The notes: a model not told the origin generated them from the letters alone. A DNA stretch of 64,000 bases from Haliotis rubra (GCF_003918875.1 NW_025765692.1:868001-932000), one strand, 5' to 3'. Counted from the first letter of the stretch, positions 51,601 through 64,000 are shown. A program made the numbers and translations.

Positions 51601-53658
51601 ACAGTAATACTACTCACACTTTGCTAAGGATCACAAAAAGTCACAACTTTACTTAAACATAGATTTTTAATTTGAAATTGTATCCATTTAAAACTGGATA
51701 AATAATAATATGGTAACCCCTCTTTAGGCAAACAACCACTTTAATCTAACCTATGCACTTGATACACGAGTAACCATAAAATTGATTTTCATGGCACCAA
51801 TCAACCATTTTGCAAATCATGGATCAAGTCATTGAGAAATAAACAACACCTGTCAATAGCAGGTATGGGATCCACAAGATGCAGTGACATACTGAAACCT
51901 AGGATTCGTGCTTACAATAAGCTTAGATATTTAAACCAAATTTGACCCCACATCAAAGTTTTCTGTTGAATCCATGATTTGATCCTAAGCAAAGTGTGAA
52001 TAGTATAGTATTGAGTAAACTATACCACAGTGGAGTGTAGACTGTACTTAATGCATGTTGGGTACATGTGTAGTGAAGGGTGTCGCACTGTGAACTGTGG
52101 CATTCAGCTGTTTCTGTGTCAACCCAACCTATTTGTGCACATGGAGACACTGTCTTGGATGTGTTAATGGTGTGTTATGAAGGTGAATATTATGCCAAGG
52201 TGCCCCTCCCTGGGCAGGTGTGATCTGTGTCCTGTTGTCATCTAGTGATAAGTACTCGTAATGAGGAGGCTGGCTTATTGTCCCTTGTGCTATCAGTTGA
52301 CAGGACATGCGGCCGACATGACTCACGGATATGGCATTAGAGCGGAATATCCCATTATAACGTTATTTGTGGCGAATGGATCATACAGTTTGGTGTCCTT
52401 TTAACCATTTGTGTGGATTGTTTTACCATTTGTTTCATGTTTAATTTCCATAAAGAGCCATAAAGGTGCTAAATGTGTTTTCATAATGATGAGAGAGACC
52501 AGCAGTGGTGTGATCAAGGGGAAGGGTCTCCATCGTGGATGTAGACAGACTTGTTTCAACAGGTATCTGTGTCACGGGATGTCTTTTTATCTCTTGGTTG
52601 ATTGCTGTTTATTTGGTCTTTTCATTTCCTGGTGCATTTCCTGGAAATTGTGGAAGCCTGTGGAGGAATCCTATTAACAACATCATTTAAACTAGTACCT
52701 TGACGGAACCACACTGGTCTTTATGGGTTGTTATGAGTAGTCCTGATAGGTTCAATACGCTGGAGAGAAGACATTTCATTGGACATGACCCTTACCTGGC
52801 AGCATACCTGAAACCTGTGGTCATGGGTTTGAATCCCGGTTTAAACCGATTATGTTTCTAGGTTAGTCAGCAGCATACCCACATACCTGTGCTTGTTGGG
52901 TTGACAAGAGAAGTAGCTTGTATGGCTGGTATCACGTAAGTCTTATCTCCCTTTTCACACTGAGACGTAGTGATATTACCAACATACGACCCCATTTGCT
53001 CCAACGTGGAGTCAGGTTACTGTCATGTTCTTAACAAGAAAGTTTAAAGTCCGCCACCACCACCCCACACCCCTCATCTCGCACACCCCACCCCACACCC
53101 CTCATCTCGCACACCCCCACCCCCCTCATCTCACACACATTCTCACAGCACACCATCTCATGCACATAGTCATGCATGCACACATGCATGGGTGACTGGC
53201 AGCAGCCATATAACAGACATGTGATGAGTTTCTTTTCTTTTATCAAGTTTAGAAAGACATTGTCAAACAATACCGACATCTGTAGTTCATCATTATTGGG
53301 TGACCACTTTAACTGTACTCGGGGTAGCTAAATTGTTTACATTTTGTCTTTTGCCAGTAATCGCGACCATGTTGTTTACAGTTTTTTCTTACATTGCTGT
53401 TCCTGTTGTTTATCCTGTCTAAGGGTTCAACTTATAGTGTTTCTATTTATCTACCACTTCGATATTTTGTTTCAGTCTTGAGGTCAGGTGTTGCAGTTTA
53501 GTGTATGTGTTGTGATTCTGATGTGTTTGTATGTGTCATGAAGCTGGTTGGCTGTCTTCACACCTTGCTCATTGTGTACAACAGTCAGACAGTGTGTAAA
53601 CCATTTGAAGGTGCATTAGTATATACTATATTAACAATTTTGTGTTATTTGCTTTCAG

Positions 53659-53739
53659 GAATTCATCAATTTTGTGCAGTACCTCGGATATGTAGTCATC
53701 ATTTCCTTAGCCCTTGCATCCTATGCCTATATACAATAT
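53659..53739 (+). CDS. Cpes: CPES coding exon 3 (EFINFVQYLGYVVIISLALASYAYIQY)
   Basis: ttatttgctttcag| acceptor and TAT|gtaagt donor; 81 nt, phase 0-0; final TM helix. Confidence 0.85.
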
Positions 53740-55292
53740 GTAAGTACCAATTGTATCCCTTGCCTACAATACATAATTATGACTTTGATCCAACACTTTC
53801 ACACAGTACTTAAGTACCACTCACATCCCATGCTAACGTACAGTACGTAAGTACCACTTAGATCCAATGCTTATGTACAGTATATAAGTATGACTTTGAT
53901 CCAACACTTTCATAGACTACATCGGTACCACTTGTATCCCATACAACCAATACATAAGTATGGCTTGTATCCCACACTTTCATAGACTACATCGGTACCA
54001 CTTGTATCCCATACAACCAATACATAAGTATGGCTTGTATCCCACACTTTCATAGACCACAGTACATGGTAGCACTTGTATCCCATACAACCAATACATA
54101 AGTATGGCTTGTATCCCACACTTTCATAGACTACATCGGTACCACTTGTATCCCATACAACCAATACATAAGTATGGCTTGTATCCCACACTTTCATAGA
54201 CTACATCGGTACCACTTGTATCCCATACAACCAATACATAAGTATGGCTTGTATCCCACACTTTCATAGACAACATCGGTAGCACTTGTATCCCATACAA
54301 CCAATACATAAGTATGGCTTGTATCCCACACTTTCATAGACTACATCGGTACCACTTGTATCCCATACAACCAATACATAAGTATGGCTTGTATCCCATA
54401 CTTTCATAGACTACATCGGTACCACTTGTATCCCATACAACCAATACATAAGTATGGCTTGTATCCCACACTTTCATAGACTACATCGGTACCACTTGTA
54501 TCCCATACAACCAATACATAAGTATGGCTTGTATCCCATACTTTCATAGACTACATCGGTACCACTTGTATCCCATACAACCAATACATAAGTATGGCTT
54601 GTATCCCACACTTTCATAGACTACATCGGGTACCACTTGTATCCCATACAACCAATACATAAGTATGGCTTGTATCCCACACTTTCATAGACTACATCGG
54701 TACCACTTGTATCCCATACAACCAATACATAAGTATGGCTTGTATCCCATACTTTCATAGACTACATCGGTACCACTTGTATCCCATACAACCAATACAT
54801 AAGTATGGCTTGTATCCCACACTTTCATTCCCATACAACCAATACATAAGTATGGCTTTATCCCACACTTTCATAGACTACATCGGTACCACTTGTATCC
54901 CATACAACCAATACATAAGTATGGCTTGTATCCCATATATAGACTATGGTACCAGGATTGAACACTTGTATCCCATACAACCAATACATAAGTATGGCTT
55001 GTATCCCACACTTTCATAGACTACATCGGTACCACTTGTATCCCATACAACCAATACATAAGTATGGCTTGTATCCCACACTTTCATAGACTACATCGGT
55101 ACCACTTGTATCCCATACAACCAATACATAAGTATGGCTTGTATCCCATACTTTCATAGACTACATCGGTACCACTTGTATCCCTTACAACCAATACATA
55201 AGTAAGGCTTGTATCCCACACTTTCATAGACTACATCGGTACCACTTGTATCCCATACAACCAATACATAAGTATGGCTTGTATCCCACACT
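53740..55292. repeat. 70-bp minisatellite (dimer of about 35-bp subunits) whose degenerate left edge overlaps the CPES exon 3 donor
   Basis: catagactac at 53911 and 53981. Confidence 0.95.
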
Positions 55293-55663
55293 TATATACA
55301 TTACTTGCGTAGACATTTTAGCTCACACTTTTGTATGATACACAAGTAAAACATTTGTTCTACACCTTTATACAAAGTTATATACAGCTTGTAAGATCCA
55401 TAGATACATAGTGAACACATATATACACATACACGACCACTAACACTAACGTACAATATGTACAAATTATATTCCATACTTAGGTTAATTATATAGGTGA
55501 AGCAGAATTACTTAAAGTTAGATATATATTATTTATAAAAACACTGTGTTTAGTTTGAACTTTATCACATATTAATGATATTAAAGGATATTGTAAACAC
55601 AGAATATCAAGGTCATGTTTTGACCACTTCTCTGGTAATGTTATTGTATCGTTGTCCTTCCAG

Positions 55664-55687
55664 GTGAAATACCTTCTACACCTCTGA
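55664..55687 (+). CDS. Cpes: CPES probable last coding exon (VKYLLHL*)
   Basis: gttgtccttccag|GTGAAATACCTTCTACACCTCTGA; phase 0; the strongest acceptor after the repeat array. Confidence 0.65.
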   Translation: MKYLLHL

Positions 55688-55939
55688 CACAAGAACAAAC
55701 CCAGTAAAGTGTACACGGAACTGGTTGTGGCGCCATGTTGCCCCAGCGCTGGAGGGTTCTAAAACTATACTGTGATAATAGATAGAGGATTGTATCATGA
55801 CATATTTAATGCTTGGAGCTTAACTTGCATTATATTTGACATGCCACAGATTTGTGGACAGCCCTCTGTAGATGATATGCAGTGGTACATTACATCCAGG
55901 CCGCCATCATACACTGTCATGTTGTGTCATGTTCGTTAT

Positions 55940-56276
55940 GGCCAAATAAAAAAATGTTGTGGTTCTAATTACACCTCTTTCAAATTTAGGGTAGGTAGGT
56001 CGGATATTTTTTATTTATTTAAAAAAAATTTTTTTTTTAGAAGTAAAGTACGAACTAGTAACATATTTATCAATGTGTATTTGTTTGTTTATTCAATCAA
56101 GATTCCAGCCATCATGTCAACTATCTCAATCAGAATAATGGATGTCCGTCGGTGCTGGGAAAAAAACAATGGTATCTGAAAGCTTATTTTATTCATACCA
56201 CTTTAAAAAAATCCGATTGGCCCCAGAATTCAAGGGTCGGTCGGGTAATCGGAACCACAACATATCTTTTTAGGCC
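55940..56276. mobile_element. MITE with imperfect TIR GGCC..AAAAA..ATGTTGTGGTTC
   Basis: ggccaaataaaaaaatgttgtggttctaattac ... gtaatcggaaccacaacatatctttttaggcc. Confidence 0.72.
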
Positions 56277-57236
56277 TATCCTCAAGAATTGAAAAGTCGT
56301 TTAGTTAAACCAACAGAATTATCTTCAGATGCAATAAAAGATTTTGTGTGAAACATTTAACTGCCGGAAGGTACATTTTGATAAGGTGATACTGTTTGCT
56401 ACCTTCTAGTTCATGTATACATTTGGGAGCAGTGATATATCCAGTAAATGGATATCTACTTGACAACATCCATGGAGGGGCAGTCCGCGACAAACTGGGC
56501 CATGTCAGGGGCGTAGCTACCATTGTAAAAAAGCCAGGGCTTGCACATGATTGTTGCTAAAAAGGCTGGGCAAACCCTCAATACTATCTAAATAAAGCTT
56601 TGCAACCTATCGGGTTTACATGAAAAGAATTGGCTTGCTAAGAGCCTGCTTGTAACACTTGTGTCCTTGCCTCATTAATTATTTTATTGTCGGATCAACT
56701 TGAGCGTGCAAATAGATACGTTTGAATGTCTGCGATGTGTTCAAATTCTACCGAGAGTCATAATATGGTGAATGTGATCAGGGAGTTCTTTGTTTCAGTG
56801 ATAACATCAGTCTTTAAGCATAATGGGGATATGTTTACAGGTATCCGTGAGACAAAACAACAGGGATTTAGTACAATCACAGCACTGGCTCTACAGACAG
56901 CAGCTTTTTGAATGTAGAAATAGAGCTTTTCCATGAGGCTTGCATTTGATCATTAAAGATAGGCTGGTTTGTTACAATAGGAAACTGCTTGAAATAGTAA
57001 GTTTGTGACTAAAGTGCTTACCGTTCGCTAGTGCAGAAAAATGTTTATTGCAAAATCCCATCTTGCCTTTGATTGCCGTATACATTTTTGTATTTCATTT
57101 GAAATACAAACCAATATTCATGAATAACTATGTATGTGAAGTACAGTAGGGGTAGTTTTACTGTTCATGTGGTAGTTGTATTCATGAAGGATACTTTCAC
57201 TTGAAAATATCAACATTTTCACATGTATGTTATAAT

Positions 57237-57793
57237 TAGTGTTGGTATTGGCATACAACCTGCGATTTGATAAATCACGATACTAAAATTTTAGTCACGA
57301 CGATATTGCCAAAGTATTGTGCACTGAAGCTGCGATACAATACGAATCCCGATACAAGAGTGGCAATATGATGTGTATCACGATACTAAAATCGTTAATT
57401 CTACCACCAACTATAAAACACCTTAAGATCAAAACAAAACCATTTAAAAGAATTTTGTCAAATTCCGCCTGCATTTTTCAATGTTCAATCGGAAATGAGA
57501 TAATTAAGTTTATACACGTAAATGTTGATAAAATGCGTTTGACCGTTTCTGACACAAGAATTTCTGAGAAACTTATGAAGGGAAAATAAGTATGCATATA
57601 TTTTTATCATCAAACAAAAGTAAGTCTTTCTTGACAGGTATCGCGATTCGGCAATATTCAAAGTAAAACATCAATGTATCGTTGCCCATTTGAAGTATCG
57701 TATCGGGATATCACGACAATGTAAAACTTTGTATCGATTCACTGTATCTGCGGCTCATGGATCGATGCATATCGATGAATCGTCACACCACTA
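57237..57793. mobile_element. hAT-like MITE with perfect 8-bp TSD gttataat
   Basis: TAGTG...CACTA termini; gttataat at 57229-57236 and 57794-57801; cgata/tatcg subterminal motifs. Confidence 0.82.
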
Positions 57794-59225
57794 GTTATAA
57801 TGTGCATCAGTCTGCGGGCATGATGCAAGGGTTACCCTGTTAACGTCCAGCTGTGGCATGGGCACACATTCACACCTGCAATATATAGAATTTCTCATAA
57901 TCATCGTCAGATTTGGTATAATCGTGTATAAGTGACACTCCAACTGAAGCTTCCAATGAAACTATGCATAGTCTGGGAGAATCCACCATGTGTTTGACCT
58001 TGACCTCTTGACATTGGGATCAGTGTCAGGACAAATAAGTTGGTCAGGCGCCTCATGCTGTCTGCCAGGTTACGGAGCCGATATGAAGAGTGACAGTCAT
58101 GTCATGTCATTTGTAACGCTACAAGTTAAGCCCTTTTTGTCACATGACCAACACTTGAATCATGGGAAGTGACTCCTCCATTTTGATCATTGCCATTCCA
58201 TTTGTTTCATTTCATTGTTTTTGATTACTTGTGAAGGGGCCAATTTAATGGGACGTCCCGTGCAGTGATTTTCTGGCTTGTTTACACAATTAATCCACTC
58301 ATTCCGATGTATAGATGTAAGCGTGTGTATAACCAGCTATAATATGTGGGCTGTCAATGGCTTGGTGGCCATAATCATTAATCTCCTGCCATGATGCCTG
58401 CACACTGCTGTAGCCTATGGCTACAAGTGATTTATAGAGCTATAATATTCCCATTGCACTCTTTTTGCTGCACAGTAACCATGCACATAAATATGGTTGT
58501 TTATTACTAGTGATTTTTGTTGTGTTATTCAACTTGAAATTCTCAGTGATGCTATTTACATGCAATGATAAAAACAATGTATTTTTAATTTGTTTGTGAC
58601 ATTTGTCTCCCTTTTTGCACCAGGATGTACAGACCAAGTGTGTCAGTTGTGTAAACTTGAGCTTATAAGGGCAGGTAAGAATGATGTGGTGGGTGGCTGA
58701 GACGTGTTACCCTGGTCTCTTGCCACCCATTTGCCCAGTCTCTCTCACTATGGTCTGGTCACAGACTGGTCTGCTGTAGCCTGGATGTCCTGAATGGCAT
58801 GACATTTCCAGACGACTGTACTGTCATCAGACATACCCAAACATGGTTCTTGTCAAACATTGTTCGATGTGTTAAGTTTATGTCAGATATTGACAGTCTT
58901 TGACCTGTTAAGTTTATGTGAAAAATTATCATTTTTGCTTTTTGACAGCAGCTGTTCAGAACTGATGTAAATGTAATCCTGTAAATCTAGATCACAACCA
59001 CCTCCCAACCAGTTGAAAGTGTGTCTTGATTAACAAGTTGATGAGATTAATAGGGTTTCACTCTATTGAGGAGGCAGTTCAGGATATGGTTTCCCCAATG
59101 TGATCTAGCCCTGTCATTCATTCACATGTACACATATCAAGGGGACTTCGATAACATTTGCTGCCCTTTTGATCAATGACAGCTGCTGGCAAGAACTGAT
59201 GCAAACAGCGGTTGAAAAGGGCAAT

Positions 59226-59560
59226 CAGAGCTCCAGATAAGGGCCGCATCGGCGTACGTGCGGATAAAAAATGCACGATACGGTAGGAAATAATTTAGAA
59301 AACGTAGCAGATACGCACCACAGCAATGGTGTACGGTCTTAGAATCATTTACAGACGTATGAATCTGAAAAAAAGTATTGTTTTATTGTTTATTAAGAGT
59401 AGCAATGTTGTGGTGCATATATGAATTGAAACACAAGATTACTGATAGTCCATTAGCTTCAATTCAGTACTCTAAATGTACACTTAAGGTTTTCCAGTAC
59501 TCAATATTGAACAAATAAGGAGTACTTACTCCTGATGTTGAAAAATTATCTGGAGCCCTG
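59226..59560. mobile_element. hAT-like MITE, TIR CAG[A/G]GCTCCAGATAA, 6-bp TSD ggcaat
   Basis: 15-bp TIR with one mismatch; ggcaat flanks both ends. Confidence 0.85.
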
Positions 59561-60779
59561 GGCAATGGTATTTTGATTTTTTAATGTTTTGTTTCTGACA
59601 ATCCCAGGATTACCTTGTGGGCTCTGTCAGCATTAGTGTTAATAGCTGAATGCAATAAATGTTTGTTCTTCCTCCATTGCATAACCACATCCACAACATC
59701 CACACCCATAACAACATCCACATCCTTTACCTGGACCCCAGCCATACACACATAATTAGTGCTACTCCCTAGCCAGTATCCACGCCAACAGACTCGCCCA
59801 CACCCACAGACTCCTAGCCCACCACACATCCTAAACCACCTCAAACCTATAACCACAACCACAGCCATGGCTCCATCCCTCATGACAACACCACAACCAC
59901 AGCCATGGCTCCATCCCTCATGACTACACCAGAACCCAGACCAACATCCATCTCGTGTATGTGCAACGGGCAAACTTGTTTGTACTGTGCTTCCAGATAA
60001 TTTGTGTGCCTTTCAGACTATTTTCAAAACTGTTTCAAGGTTGTACATGTTTCAAATACCAAATAAACATTTACCTCCCTTTCATTGGAGTAAGTGCCAA
60101 AGAAGGTGGTCCAGCGAGGGTTGTGATCCCAAGGATGTTGACTGGGCTTATTCACAAGAGCTTGAAGCATCAGTGTTTTCCTACAAAGTATAACTCTGGT
60201 TGAATAGGGTCTGTTGTAAAACTGGCTACATTTGGCGGCCCAGTCGTCTCAGGTGCTGCCATTAAGGTTGCTGAACTGCTCCCATGGGTGTGCCAGATAC
60301 CGATGATGATCATGGGTTCGTATCTGGTTTGCCCTGATTGTTTCAGGATTTGTCAGCACCAAACCCATTCTGATGGGTTTCATCATTGCTTCGGTTTTCC
60401 TCCCATACCAAGCAGACCATATATTACTGAAATATTTTTTCACTGTAGTGTTAAAGCAGTCACCCTCGCTGGAATGTTATCATACAGACAACTCTTACTC
60501 CAAGCCCATGTGAACTTGAGAAGCAAGCTTTGCAATGCTATCTGCACATAACCATATACCGTTGTGTCTTTTTAATAAATATTTATCCCATAACCAAATA
60601 TATTGATTATTATGTATAATTATGCTGTTATGACTCGTTTGGCCAAATATATATTCTGCGGTATAAGATGTTATTTTATCTATTATCATATTAATATGAA
60701 TATTGTGAAGTAAGCTGTATTTCCTCCCAACATGAATCGGTATGCTTTGTTAAACTGTGTGACTGACGACTGTGATTGG

Positions 60780-60785
60780 AATAAA
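60780..60785 (+). terminator. Candidate polyadenylation signal (AATAAA) for CPES
   Basis: AATAAA followed by GT/T-rich sequence where CpG-poor DNA switches to CpG-rich DNA; other AATAAA hexamers occur upstream. Confidence 0.35.
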
Positions 60786-60944
60786 GAGACATCATGCAGA
60801 ACGTCCCCTTGTTTGTCGTCACTCAAACTGAACTGTGGTCGTTTCCCTTGGTTAGCGTTGCACTAGGGTGATCGTAACAGCAGGGGCGGACGTAACACGC
60901 CTTTTTAAACATCGACTTCCGATAGTCGAGACGCTACGGGAGAA

Positions 60945-61080
60945 TGAGTTGATTTTAGCAATATTCTAGCAATATCACGGAGGGGGATACCAGAAATGGG
61001 CTTCACACATTGTACCCATGTGGGGAATCGAACCCGGGTCTTCGGCGTGGCTGTGAACGTTAACCACTAGGCTAACCCAC
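60945..61080 (-). mobile_element. SINE family A copy
   Basis: Reverse-complement A and B boxes (ccactaggcta, ggaatcgaacc) and body. Confidence 0.88.
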
Positions 61081-61464
61081 AACGACACAACACGATTGGT
61101 ATGTGGACCGGGCTCTTGTACTCTAAGCGATCTTTGCACTTGGGTGATTGCTCAATACGTTACGACAGAGAACTCCCCTGTTCACTGCCGCACAGACCAT
61201 TCCGCTAGAGTTCATGATTGTGAGTGAAGGAGTCTGGTTCATCGTGGCCTTGAACGTAGTTACATTTGTCATGCCGTGTGCGCTTTTATGGCGGCAAAAA
61301 CCTGAAAGTGGACCCAGAAGCACAGATATGGTGCTGAGAAGAAGTGTCGTAACCAAGGAGAACCATACAGTCACAGGATCCTGACTCACCTAAGGGCAGC
61401 AAATCTCAATAGTCAATGACGCTGCGTTTCACAACTTGGGACCCTGTGAATACACAGTGACCGA

Positions 61465-61672
61465 CGTCCACTCAGCAATATTCCAGGTATATGGTCGCAG
61501 TCTGTGAATAGTCGAGTCTGGACCAGACAATCCAGTCATCAACAGCATAGGCATTAATTGTGATACGATGACATGTATTGGCCAAGTCAGCGAGCCTGAC
61601 CACCCGATCCCGTTAGTCTGTTACTACAAGCATGGGCTACTGAAGACCAATTCTAACGCGGATCTTCACGGG
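61465..61672 (-). mobile_element. SINE family B copy
   Basis: Reverse-complement match. Confidence 0.82.
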
Positions 61673-62714
61673 TCGGGAAAGATGGTTACAACATCTCTTC
61701 AGGTAATTCCAAGGTTGGATACGGAAAACGTACCAGGAACATACGTCCTTGGCTGAAAAGTAGGGCTTGTTTTTGACGTAGGTTGACTTGGGGGACCACG
61801 TCATCAGGCGCACTGCTCCCTGCATTGGTTGTCCCAGACTCGATCGGCTCATATAGCTTGAATATTGATGAGCTGTCAAATAAGATATCGCGATCGCGAG
61901 AATATGATTATATGCTTACAGAAAATCTAGCAGTTAAAAAACCGCGTGATGACGTTCATTATTGTGTGGGGGACACACTTTGTCAGATACCGTTGTCATC
62001 ACTCATTCACGAGACTTTAATGAATTTTTGATGAACTCCCACAAAGTAAAAATCAATGGAAACGTAATACCCAAACAATTCTGTGTTCATGCAATGATAA
62101 AGGCCAGGTGTACTCTCAACCTTATCCGCGGATGTCTAACGGTGGAGTTGAGATTTTGATATGCTGGTCCGACCGTGAGGTTAAAACATATATTTTACTG
62201 GCGCTTCGGACTATATTATCGCGTCCTGCAACGATGGTGATCGTGACTGTTGTTCCTGGGGCCTTCCTTCTGTAAGAAACACTTTAATTAGGTCAGTCCT
62301 CTTCCACACAGGCTTATAAAGTCAGGCCAGGTACAACACGGTCAGACACTGTTGTCAATCAATCAATGATTATTTCAGTACTGCGATGCCACAGGCCTGT
62401 AGTACAATTAATATGTACAATTTTCTTATCATAACTTGATAAACAAAAAAACGCAACATTTTGAATTACAATTTCATGTGAACAATTCAATAGAGAAGGA
62501 TATTTATCACTTGATGGATGGATAAAATAGAATTCTGTAATATATTTTAGTGCAGCATTATATGCAGCATCTACAGATCTTCTCTTGATATTCATAAACC
62601 TACCTTTTTCAAATAATAGATCGTGAGATGAACAACGGAAACAAGCTAAAATATTCTAAATTTCCCAACATTAACATATGATAAATAACGTTCAGTATTA
62701 ATGTAAGTTTTAAG

Positions 62715-64000
62715 TCAGACTTGTCATTACTGTCAATGTACAACACAGTCAGACAGTTGTAATCACCAACCATGTACAACACAGTCAGACACTGTTGTCA
62801 TCACTGTCCATGTACAACACAGTCAGACACTGTTGTCATCACCTCCCATGTACAACACAGTCAGACACTGTTGTCATCACTGTCCATGTACAACACGGTC
62901 AGACACTGTTGTCATCACTGTCCATGTACAACACAGCCAGTCACTGTTGTCATCACTGTCCATGTACAACACAGTCAGACACTGTTGTCATCACTGTCCA
63001 TGTACAACACAGTCAGACACTGTTGTCATCACTGTCCATGTACAACACAGTCAGACACTGTTGTCATCACTGTCCATGTACAACACGGTCAGACACTGTT
63101 GTCATCACTGTCCATGTACAACACAGTCAGACACTGTTGTCATCACTGTCCATGTACAACACAGTCAGACACTGTTGTCATCACTGTCCATGTACAACAC
63201 AGTCAGACACTGTTGTCATCACTGTCCATGTACAACACAGTCAGACACTGTTGTCATCACTGTCCATGTACAACACAGTCAGACACTGTTGTCATCACTG
63301 TCCATGTACAACACAGTCAGACACTGTTGTCATCACTGTCCATGTACAACACAGTCAGACACTGTTGTCATCACTGTCCATGTACAACACAGTCAGACAC
63401 TGTTGTCATCACTGTCCATGTACAACACAGTCAGACACTGTTGTCATCACTGTCCATGTACAACACGGTCAGACACTGTTGTCATCACTGTCCATGTACA
63501 ACACAGTCAGACACTGTTGTCATCACTGTCCATGTACAACACAGTCAGACACTGTTGTCATCACTGTCCATGTACAACACAGTCAGACACTGTTGTCATG
63601 TCCATGTACAACACAGTCCACTGTTGTACATGTACAACAGTCAGACACTGTTGTCATCACTGTCCATGTACAACACAGTCAGACACTGTTGTCATCACCT
63701 CCCATGTACAACACAGTCAGACACTGTTGTCATCACTGTCCATGTACAACACGGTCAGACACTGTTGTCATCACTGTCCATGTACAACACAGTCAGACAC
63801 TGTTGTCATCACTGTCCATGTACAACACAGTCAGACACTGTTGTCATCACTGTCCATGTACAACACAGTCAGACACTGTTGTCATCACTGTCCATGTACA
63901 ACACAGTCAGACACTGTTGTCATCACTGTCCATGTACAACACAGTCAGACACTGTTGTCATCACTGTCCATGTAGTCAACACTGTTGTCACAGTACAACA
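62715..64000. repeat. 38-bp minisatellite (acactgttgtcatcactgtccatgtacaacacagtcag)n, runs off the right edge; detached unit at 62331-62357
   Basis: Seen directly; it explains the 380-aa ORF. Confidence 0.97.

Noticed and set aside
45506-55019. ORFs within the 27-, 19-, 76- and 70-bp arrays
   Set aside because: They are repeat-derived translations inside CPES introns.
59680-59950. Pro/His- or Thr-rich coding segment and the 130-aa - strand ORF
   Set aside because: It is degenerate (CCACAN)n low-complexity DNA with stops and frame changes, in the presumed UTR.
62833-63975. 380-aa Cys/His-rich ORF
   Set aside because: It is a 38-bp repeat (not a multiple of 3) read through rotating frames, with no codon-level constraint.
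1-64000. CRISPR arrays
   Set aside because: All arrays are head-to-tail repeats without unique spacers; there are no cas genes and the DNA is eukaryotic.

Overview
Repeat-rich animal genomic DNA. The SINE, MITE and minisatellite landscape is mollusc-like, most consistent with a gastropod such as abalone (inference). One protein-coding gene is well supported: a + strand ceramide phosphoethanolamine synthase (CPES, CDP-alcohol phosphotransferase family) with four phase-0 coding exons (29474-30250, 47875-47997, 53659-53739, 55664-55687; about 334 aa) and a probable long 3' UTR to about 60.8 kb. A CpG-rich segment at about 28.4-29.3 kb looks like a bidirectional promoter. On the - strand, a chain of very short exon candidates (6-99 nt) can be spliced into one 324-aa frame ending in the orphan ORF at 4141-4826; this is the most intriguing but unproven signal. 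Roughly 30% of the window is tandem repeat, and several arrays seem to have been seeded at exon/splice-donor junctions. The rest includes three SINE families with a shared 3' tail, several hAT- and Harbinger-like MITEs, LINE 3' remnants, and a nested SINE>MULE>Penelope insertion carrying variant hammerhead ribozyme motifs. There are no rRNA genes, true tRNA genes or CRISPR arrays.
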